This document shows, one piece after another, positions 49,172-58,897 of a stretch of 58,897 nt of DNA. The notes beneath the pieces are model-generated. The model did not search any database. It was not told the DNA's origin and worked only from the letters and a program-made list of their open reading frames with translations. Within the stretch, counting starts at the first letter, position 1; the number at the start of each line of letters is the position of its first letter. Both the position numbers and the translations under genes were made by a program. The DNA is from Octopus bimaculoides (taxonomy: Eukaryota). The stretch covers positions 59,619,291 to 59,678,187 of the forward strand of contig NC_068981.1 in the NCBI RefSeq assembly GCF_001194135.2, given 5' to 3'.

Positions 49172-50736
49172 AATTTCCGCATTGTTGAAATATATTGTGA
49201 TGAATTTCATGTTTTACAAAACGTTGCTTACTTGTGTCTAAACGTAAAACATACACTGGTGTACAGAAATGATGTCTCGGACACACATATATAAATTATA
49301 TAGACGGATATAACAACAATATGCACAGACAACATTTTACGTATCTTTGTTCTGGAATATTTGTATGATGGCTTTTTCTGATGGAATATGTACAACGCTG
49401 TAAGCTTGAATTATATTCACATGCCGATGTTTTCCAGTAGCATTTCAAAATGTAATTTATTTAGCATATATCGCTTTCATCCCCCACACAGCAATGACTC
49501 AGAAAATATCCTTCAACTCGTATTAAAGGCACGCTTATCGATTTATTCCAGCTCAGCATCTGTACAGTTTCTTTTTTACTCTGAACAAAGCTGATATCAT
49601 TTTCTTTTCAACATAAGGAAGATAGCTTTATTGGTTTGTATCTTGTCTCACTGCTTCAGTTGTGGTCACTTTTGTCACCAATAATATTCATACGTAAGTT
49701 ACTCTGTCATATGTGACCACATTATAATGCTGGCGGTATCGTATCTGAATATTGTTTTCAAAAGTCAAATATAAGCAATGTAATAGAATGCAGTTATGGT
49801 AAAACAAATTTTCCCGATTTCTTATATCACAATATGATTTTAAAATATCCATCAATCATACCTTTTTGAAAGAAAATCGATTTACCAATGAAACATCTTT
49901 CTTCAGAATGATAAAGAGAGGCAATATGTGTAAGATAAATGAAATATTTGATAGAAAACTTCTATTAACTCCAATTATTCGAAATTGTGAAATTACATGC
50001 AGTTGAATAAGACATCCATATAATGTGACACCATTACATTATTTTAAGTAAACATTTCCGAATGAAAAAAAAAGTTCTCCAGAATATTTATATATGTATT
50101 GTCTCTATGTACAGAGAGGTCGAATTAATTAACAAAAAATACTAAGCAACGCACAGCACCCACCATAAACAAAATATGAGTCATCGACATTCAACTCTTT
50201 CCTCTTGGATATTACCCTTTTACATAAAACAATAAAAATAATTCCATTCATAGATTGGTAAAATTGTCTATCTAAATGTATTGTCCAGCAAAGAATATTC
50301 CTATTTCAATTTACATGTTCTCAAAGACTTTTGTAGAATTAACTAATCATAATTTAACTGGACATCAAGGTATTTATCAGTAATGATTTTTAATTTGACT
50401 ATCCAGTATATAGTTGCTTTAAACCCTAAATTGGGTATCAGCTACATTTTGCAGAGAGTTTCCTGAAAAAATCCCAGTACAGATGCTTGATATATTTATC
50501 TGGCTGATTGATTCACATTCTATAATTTATATTTAAAACAAACCCTTATTTCATTGACGTTGGGAGAACGAAAGTACTCTTCTAGATTCGAGGTTCCAAA
50601 AGAAGAGAATAAATGAAGCCTTCCAAGAAACTTAATTTTGATCATTATCACTTCTGTCAGCTTATTGTTATCTTTTCAGAAATATTGTAGTAATATAAAA
50701 ATAAGTATTTATGTATATATATTTAAATATAAACAA

Positions 50737-51240
50737 GTGTGACTGTGTGCAGAGAAGCTTTCTTCCCAATCACATGGTTACGGGTTCAGTCCCACTGCGT
50801 GGCACATTGGGCTAGTGTTTTCTACTATAACATCAGGCGGACAAAAGCCTTGTGAGTGAAATTGGTAGACGGAAACTGAAAGAAGTCGTATATATATATA
50901 TATATATATNNNNNNNNNNNNNNNNNNNNNNNNNNNNNNNNNNNNNNNNNNNNNNNNNNNNNNNNNNNNNNNNNNNNNNNNNNNNNNNNNNNNNNNNNNN
51001 NNNNNNNNNNNNNNNNNNNNNNNNNNNNNNNNNNTGTCTCAGTGTCCCCGCACGACCGCTTGACAACCGGTGTTCGTATGTTTGTGTCCCAGTAACCTAG
51101 CAGTTTGGTAAAAGAAACCAATAGATTATGTATCAGGCTCAAAAAAGAAGTAATGAGGTCATGTTATTCGACTAAATCCCGAAGGCGGTGCCTCAGCATG
51201 GCCTGAATCTAATGACTAAAACAAGTAAACGTAAAGATTA
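50737..51240 (+). mobile_element. SINE family A (central microsatellite contains a gap)
   Basis: Head gggttcagtcccactgcgtggcacattggg; 3' part gacaaccggtgttcgtatgtttgtgtccc...ggcggtgcctcagcatggcc. Confidence 0.88.
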
Positions 51241-52540
51241 ATGATAAAGATCATTCCAGTGAGCTTAGCGACGTATAAAAATGTACGTCCAAAGATAACA
51301 AAATTGAATTCAGTTGCCGAAGAAGAGATTATCTGGTTTCAGTGGCAGAACAAAGCTTCTCAGTGGCCGGTGTGAGTGGGTGATGGAAACCCTTCCGGCG
51401 TCTCACCTTAATTAAGTGGCATTGTATATAAGAAGAAATTTTGAGCTGTAGTGCAGTTTCTGACTCGCTTTTCCCATTCTTACATATCTGCCCGTGGTAG
51501 CTTTTCAAGATAAGTGCTTCTTAATTCTTCAATGTTTCAATGTGCTAGGATTTACGTAAGACAATGCTTCAGTTTATAGAGATTTATTTATTTAGCTAAA
51601 TATGAAATGCATGGCATAAAAAGATAGAATATAAAAATTTCAAATAGAATATAATATGCATTAAGTAACGTAAATCTTTCGATCTGAATTCTAAAGGGTA
51701 ATTTTGGCAGATGTAACTACCAATATATTGATTTTGAATGGAACTTACATATCAAATATTTTGACCAGCGAAATGCTTAATAAAATCATTCATGTTGTAA
51801 ACAAAGAAGTGGCAGCATACTCAGTAGTAAGAGTTGAAATTCTGACCAGACCGAACCAACGATATATTTTGGTTTCTTTGAAGAAGTTAATGGGAGGAAC
51901 AGAAATGTTCCAAAAATATGCTTTCCTTACAAGATTACTTTTTCTTTTATTTGCATGCAAGAAATATTTATTTTCTAATACTTGAGTAATCCCAAATCCT
52001 CCAGAAAAGCTCCATACGTATTCTTATACTTAGGGTATATAGTATATTTAGAATGCATAAGACTTGGTCTTTCTTTTGCCATTATAGTCTTCTATCTTGC
52101 TGTTTTACTGCGTCATTCTTTCCAATCAATAAATTTAAATAGCGTCAGTAGTAGCATATGCATTTCGCAAAGAAAGGAATAATGGAGGCCTAACTCAGTA
52201 CATCGAATTAGCCATTAACAAAGAAAGCTGAAAATGTTATCCACATTTTTAGCTGTAGAAGTTATATCAACAACGCCACTATGAATTTCACTGAATCTGA
52301 TCAAAATTCCCAGTACCTACATAAATCAGTTGTTACATTAATAAATAAAAGAGACTCCCAACAGAATAAATTGAGTATGTGATTTATTCGAAAAGAATCG
52401 CGAAGTACTATTTCCTATGCACACTATTTAAAATTGTTTATACTTCAGAAAAACATTCAAACAAATATATTTTGGAGGAACCAAATAAAAATAGAGAGCT
52501 CAAGAAGTTCATTCAGTCTGAGAAATTAATGAGATTAATA

Positions 52541-53320
52541 TCAGGTTGTTCCGAAAATAATGTCCGCTCTTAGTGTCGTGCTTTGAAACGTAATTTTATC
52601 ATAGTATTTTAATTTTATTTTAGGTGAATTTCGACATACTTATAATTGATGTATGCTTTTTAATAATTTTCTACTTATTTCAAACAGAAAAAATTCTTGA
52701 AACGTAGGCACATTTATTTATGAACATGACAAAAAAAGGACCTTCACTTACATTTCTTGCATGAGTTCAAGATTGGGCACAATGCCTCCCAAACCGCTGC
52801 CAATACCAACAGATCATGAGGAGATGGGTCCACAAGTGATCCCACAGCACGAAGGCGATTTCAGAAATTCCGTAGTGGGGATGAGAGCCTTGAAGATGAA
52901 GAAGGAAGGGGACAGTCATGCAGTCTTGACAATGAACAATGGGAAACAATTGACGAACAAAACTCACGCACGTCAGTGTGTCAGAGAAATGTCTCAGGCA
53001 CTTGGTGTCGGTATTGCAACGGTGTTACGCAATCTGCAGTAGATTGGTGAGGCGATAAATGGGTACCACATGACCTCAATGAAAATCAAAATGTTCGGCG
53101 TTTTGAAGTGTGCCTGATGCTCTTTCTGCAAAGCACCAATGATCCTTTTCTTGACAGAATAGTCACTTGTGACGAAAAGTAGATCCTTTATGATAACTGT
53201 AAACGATCAAGTCAATTGATTGATCGTGATGAGCCCCCCAAACATTTCTCAAAGCCAAAGTTGCACCAGCAAAAGATTATGTTGACTGTTTAGTGGTCTG
53301 CAATTGGTGTTGTCCATTAC
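52541..53320 (+). mobile_element. 5' half of a mariner element
   Basis: TA followed by the TIR tcaggttgttccgaaaataatgtccg. LHEFKIGHNASQTAAN, RRFQKFRSGDESLEDEEGRG, WVPHDL, IVTCDEK*ILYDN; ends at GVVHY. Confidence 0.88.
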
Positions 53321-53838
53321 ATTTGGTGTTGTTCCCAGTTCCACACGAGTTGTCGAGCTTGGGACCACCTGGTTCAGCTGTCGCTGGATTTCATCTCACA
53401 AGTGTTCAACTGAGTTCAAATTGGCACCGAGAGCTGGCCACGGCATGGTTCTCATGTTGTTCTGACGCAGGAAGTCCATGGTGACCCTGGCCGTGTGGGA
53501 GGGAGAATTGTCCAGCCAGAACACGTGGGAATGGTGACGCGTGAATGGCACGATGTGAGGTCTTAGGATCTGGTCAACGTTGCGCTACGCTGTGATGCCA
53601 TTCCCTCCGCCTGCACCAACATTTTGGAACACATGGGGCTCAGTTCTCTGATTCAAGCCTAAACCATGACGCTTTGGCTACCCCACGCGTCTCTCTTGAT
53701 GACACATGCGTCTCTGTAGCGTTCACCCCCTCCTACACCACGCCCTCTCTCTGCCATCCGGGGTGGAAACGCAGAACCGGCTCTCATCAGAGAAGACTAT
53801 CGACCTCCATTGTCGATGCCACTAATGTCGGTGTTCGT
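53321..53838 (-). mobile_element. Tc1 transposase catalytic fragment
   Basis: Minus strand WRSIVFSDESRFCV...LDNSPSHTARVTMDFLRQNNMRTMPWPALGANLNSVEHL, matching the Tc1 DD34E blocks FSDESRF, QDNA..H and WPA.SPDLNPIEHLW. Confidence 0.85.
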
Positions 53839-55880
53839 ATATCACGGGTGACAGGCGTCTTCTTTGCAGCTTTAGTTTCCTTTTAAGCTGGAAAGCGAAC
53901 AGGTTGACCAAACCAGGGCTGGAGATGAAGGCATCCGTCGCCACCCCTCTCATTCTCGTCCTCCAAACAACCTCTTTCGCTAACGCTTCCACAGCAAGAA
54001 AACACACATTGCATTCCTTGTTGAATGATGGTGGTGGAACAATCTTTATAACCGACTTAGAGGACAGCTGTACTCTTCCCAGATGTGACAGCAGTCGTTC
54101 GATGTAAACCCACAGTTCCGAAATTTTCGGGACACTGCACAATAGCGTGCAGAACAGTTTCAATGCTCTGTACGCATTTTAGGCGAGTGGGCTGACATGA
54201 ATAGCCGTGCCTAGCGAGTTTATCTCGAACTGGTAAGGTTCCTCGGTAACACTGCCAAGCCAGAGACTTTTGGAAGTTGTCCAAAGACCCCGGTCTGAAT
54301 GTCCTTCAGAACAAACCAGCAAGGTGATCTTCGTCGAAGCTCAGGATTTTCCCCAGATCAATTCCTCTCTATCTAGAGATCCGGACATAAACAAAATCCA
54401 AGCAATTTAACCGGCCCCTCCGTCCAACGCCCGATGACGCTGTTAGGAGGTATCGACTTGCCTCTCCAGGTGCCGAGTTGCAAGCCGACTGACTTCTTCT
54501 AGTTACCTTTTGCTCCTGCCACCGCCTCGTACACCTTGATGGCCTCACCTACCTCTGTAGGTGGTCCACCTCGGACACGATGATGGTGATGTCATCCGCA
54601 TACTCCGTAACCGATCTTCTGCAACCGAGATCACGCGGCACGTCCCTCATGGCCTCCAGCTTCCGCAGTAAAAGTTCCAGAGCCAACGCATACAGAAATG
54701 AGGAGAGGGGACATATTTGACGCACCGAACGCTTGATGCAGACCGGCTCGCGAAAAACCTTGCACATCTCGGGTTCGTTTACTGCACATTCCTGCTGATC
54801 CGTGAAAGAACTTGTGACATCATTGCCTCGTTGAGTCTCTACCACATGGATACATTCGGCAGCGTCGATTCCCTGACATCCCATTGCACAGAGCTTAGCT
54901 CGTGTCTAGCCTCGGGGTGTAAGTTGAGAGCCAATCTCGATGCTACGACTTGGGTCGCATTGTCAGTCCCCATTGCCTCTTCTAGAGCCTTAACTATGTC
55001 CCTTTCTATCCTAACCTTCTTAATTGCTAGCTGTTTGTTAAGCCTAATAGACTCAAACTTGACGGCTCTTTTGAAGGCATGCCAGTATTTGTTGTTAATA
55101 ATGGATCCGGTCAATGCCCTCATTACTAGTTGCCTAATCCGGCTTCTGTACTCCACACAGTCCAAAGTGACTTCTTGAGTTTCCAGTAGCAGGGACCCTG
55201 TCTACGTATTCTAAGTTGAGTCTACAGGTCATAAATTTGTGATCACTGTAGCTGACGTAGTGAAATTATGGACAGCTAGCTAAGTCTTTATCTTTACATC
55301 TTACAATAATCATATCTAAGTAAGACCCCGAACTCCCAACGCTATTAGACCATATCCACAATGGAGCGTCGGGGAATTCTAGTCTATACCGATCTGCGAG
55401 CTGAAAACAACTGAGCAGATCGGTGAGGCATGAGTTACACCTCCTATCAGGATTCGAGCCAAAACAATCTACGTGTGCATCGCAAATTGTGTTAAAGTCT
55501 CCTAACAATACTAAAGTATGTGACGTTCCTAGAAAATTCTCTATGCTTCGGGAAAAGTTCGACTGTCCAGTTCTACAAGGTTTTACAACTGCCGTGCATC
55601 ACATCGACGACGACCAGCCTGCCCCCCGGGTTGACAAAGATTGTTCTTAAGTGCAGTTTCAAATCCTTCCTGCAGATAACATCAACACCTCCCCCAACTC
55701 CAGGCTGGCATAGTGAAATAATTTTCTCGTACCCGTTTAGGAGGGGTGGAAAGCCTCGCAGCCCACTCAGTCTGGTTTCTGTGGTAACTATTTATTACAA
55801 ACAGTCTAAGGGACCTGAGGTCATTAAGGAGGCGTCCTTCCTTCCAATCGGCCCACAGCCCGGCGTACACATATACAATC
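53839..55880 (-). mobile_element. Tx1/L1-clade LINE ORF2 remnant with internal deletions
   Basis: APE pieces (GRLLNDLRSL, MLGDFN), RT (SVRQICPLSSFLYALALELL, EYADDITIIV), and a C-terminal zinc region (LAWQCYRGTLPVRDKLARHG...ETVLHAIVQCP). Confidence 0.85.
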
Positions 55881-55889
55881 TACGTAAAG

Positions 55890-56024
55890 TGTGGAAATAA
55901 ATGAAACTTACCTTTTATTTAGATGGGACGGTAGTAAAATGATTTTATACAGTTTTATTAAAAATATATCAATGAAGGAATAGAACTGTCATCATAGGTC
56001 TTAAACTTATTTTGGCCAGTGTAT
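55890..56024 (-). mobile_element. Possible left terminus of the Tc1 element
   Basis: The minus strand starts TA-CACTGGCCAAAATAAGTTTAAGACC, a Tc1-type TIR opening; no matching partner was found. Confidence 0.4.
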
Positions 56025-56749
56025 ATTTGTGTGTGAGAGAATCTATCTATCTATCGATTTGGTTATCTATCTCTATTTTCCACATGCCTCTAAGTCTATT
56101 TGAGTCATAAGTTCATTTAATCGACTTCTTAGGATTATAATTCAGTTTAAATGACAATTGAAAGAGTAATAAATATATTTTAAAAAATCCCGTTTCTAGA
56201 AGAATGGCAAGTCTAAAAATTTAACGTAACAGTTACAGTCTAAATATGCAAAATTAATTATGCGATTGGAAATATAAAATTCTGATGAAACTCGTAATCT
56301 TTTGGCTAATTATTATTTAAAAAGGAGAAAAAAGAATATTTAATATAACAGAAATCATTAAAACCTCTACTGAGGCTTAGTGAAAACTTTACATCGAAGT
56401 GCTTATATAAACAGTAATTATATAGATAAAAAGAAAAACTGAAATCATTAGAAAATATACATACGTTTGGTGTTTGATTTTGAAATATCTTTCTTAGTAA
56501 AAAAAATTTTGATATTATTTACATTTGATATTTATTCTAATCGATTAGGTACATTAGATAATATGTGACATGGTTGCCATAATTCATACTTATTGGAAGA
56601 ATTCAATGTAAAGATACGGTTTTGTGAGTAGGAGTTTATATTGAATTCTGATACTAAGAAAAGCCTTAACTGTGGGGACGGTATCAATCAAGGCGTTTGT
56701 ACATACATACATACATACATACATACNNNNNNNNNNTATATATATATAT

Positions 56750-57022
56750 ATGAATTTGGTAGACGACACCTGAAAGAAGCACGTCGGGTGTGTGTATGTG
56801 TGTATGTATCTTCGTGTCTATGTTTGTCCCCCACCCTTGACAACCGATGTTGGTGTGTTTACGTCCCCACAACCTAGCGGTTCGGCCAATGAGATCTATA
56901 GAATAAGTACAATACTTACAAAAAATAAGTCCTGACGTCGATTTCTTCGACTAAAATCCCTTAAGGGGGGTTTCCAGCATGGGCGCAGTCAAATAATTGA
57001 AACAAGTAAGAGAATAAAACAA
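56750..57022 (+). mobile_element. SINE family A, 5'-truncated
   Basis: ggtagacgacacctgaaagaagcacgtcg, (TG)n, gacaaccgatgttggtgtgtttacgtcccc, then ccagcatgggcgcagtc and an AAGAAT-type tail. Confidence 0.88.
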
Positions 57023-58234
57023 TAATATATATATATATATATATACACACGCACACACACACATAGATATACATTAGATTATCTTCGAGGCTTTATATCC
57101 AATCAAAAATTTAAATTAAATATTCAATTTTGAGAAAATTCATTATCTAAACATTGTTTTATTTTGTTTTTGGTTAAAATGCGAACGCCTGAACATAATT
57201 TAAAATATAATTTATTTCATCATTTATCATAATTGCTTTGAAAGTAAAATAGCTATTTACAAAGGCGATAATAGGCTTTCATTATTTTCTACGAATTATA
57301 TTGTTTCTATCAATATATTTCCGATCGATCTCTCAATTATTCAATTTGCTTTTCTAAGAACATGTTTCTTTTCTGAGAATATGTCTTTGTAAAGATATTC
57401 TCCTGACTTATTTTCCATCGATCATATTTTTGATTAATCTGCCTCAACTCGAAACAACTATTTGATGCACCTCACAAGAAACATTCTAACACAGTGTAAA
57501 CTGTACTTTCACAATATATACTGAAAATGAACGCGGAAAACTATCTGGAAGCTGAAATGACTTATTAACATCTCTACCCAAGCACACACTATATTATTTG
57601 TCTCAGAGGAAAATCTCAAACGGAAATGTTTACTAAAAACAAGACGCATGACTCAGGACATCAGTGGATAGCATAACACAGGATTCAACTTAATAGGTAA
57701 CCAATGGAAGGTGTAAACATTAAATAAACCCAAGAAAGAAGTAGAATGTTAATGTCCTGGACACAGATACGTAATGGGAGACTTTGACGCCTGATAGTCT
57801 ATATTATGATTGCATATAGATAATAAGTTAATTTACTGTTCATATGAGCTTGATTGTAACAGCAGATCTAGCATGATGTAACTATTATTATTACGCATAT
57901 ATATTCACATGTAATTTGGATTATTTTATTACAGATCTTAACGTAATTCTCAGACTCTTTCGAAGAGATCACACAAATTTAAACGAATAAATTGTAAGAA
58001 TATTAGTTAATAAAATGGATATTCATTGTAATAGGTTCTCTCCCCATCGGAATACTGAGTTTTGTGTCTACAGAGAATAATGCTAATAGCATTGTTATTA
58101 TTTTTCTACAATATTTCTGTTTGTCGAAATATTGACGCTTAATGGTATCTCTGGATGAGATATAATTTGATGTAAATCTCGATGAGATACAGTTAATTAG
58201 CTTTTATATCATTTATAAGAAATGTATCAAATTA

Positions 58235-58237
<3 letters not shown>

Positions 58238-58313
<76 letters not shown>

Positions 58314-58338
58314 CGTATGTATGTATATAGATATATAC
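58238..58338. repeat. (AT)n-(ATGT)n microsatellite
   Basis: Direct reading. Confidence 0.95.
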
Positions 58339-58339
58339 A

Positions 58340-58651
58340 AGCTGTAAAGCCAGAAATGTAGTCTATAGTATAAGATGTACAGAGGGGCGGTGCAGTTACA
58401 AGACAACGACGTATGTAGGGTAAACAGCACGGAGCATAGGAGAGCGGGTAAATGGTCATTGGAGGGAACTTAAAGAAAACAAGAGCTTATCGGTTCTGTA
58501 CCAGCATGCTCAGCAGGAACACGGGGGCTCACTCAACAACATAGAAGTTAAAATCTTGTCCACACATAGAACAGGCGCAACACTTAGACAAATTACAGAA
58601 GCTACACACATAATAGAAGATAAACCTAGCCTGAATAGGAAACTGGAATAG
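58340..58651 (+). pseudogene. GIY-YIG endonuclease of a second Penelope-like lineage (one internal stop; absent from the ORF track)
   Basis: Manual translation: SCKARNVVYSIRCTEGRCSYKTTTYVG*TARSIGERVNGHWRELKENKSLSVLYQHAQQEHGG...LRQITEATHIIEDKPSLNRKLE*. Confidence 0.85.
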
Positions 58652-58897
58652 AACACTAGCATACACACCCAACACACCACAACATATGACAGAATAAGAT
58701 CCCCATAAACCTATAACAGTATTAACAAAATATAATACAATACACAGATAAACAAATGGAATTAAATAACTATATACGTTAACAAAATTAAATTAAATTG
58801 AATACAAAAAAAGAAAGAATATAAAAAATAAAAAGTAACAACACATGAACAAAATAAATAAAAACAAATTAAACGAACTTGTTCAAAAAGGGGATAC

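Overview
AT-rich, repeat-dominated eukaryotic DNA with many N gaps. I found no host protein-coding exon I can support. The SINE families, mariner density and (AT)n/(CA)n/(TCTA)n microsatellites suggest an invertebrate, probably an octopod cephalopod (inference). Degenerate mobile elements include: a near full-length RTE LINE (30.4-34.2 kb), a Tx1/L1-like LINE, several mariner/Tc1 copies, a hAT-like transposase remnant, two tRNA-derived SINE families and Penelope-like elements (PLEs) of at least two lineages. The most unusual signal is RNA structure: eight hammerhead-ribozyme (HHR)-like motifs from about four sequence families. The top candidate is a ~665-bp near-perfect palindrome (8.9-9.56 kb). 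It has an outward-pointing hammerhead in each arm and twin terminal hairpins, and its relatives at 19.8-20.4 kb keep the hammerhead stem II with a different sequence. The second candidate is a PLE whose 3' end joins a tRNA-Ser-like Pol III promoter module to a minimal hammerhead. All motif calls were made by eye, with no database search or folding software.
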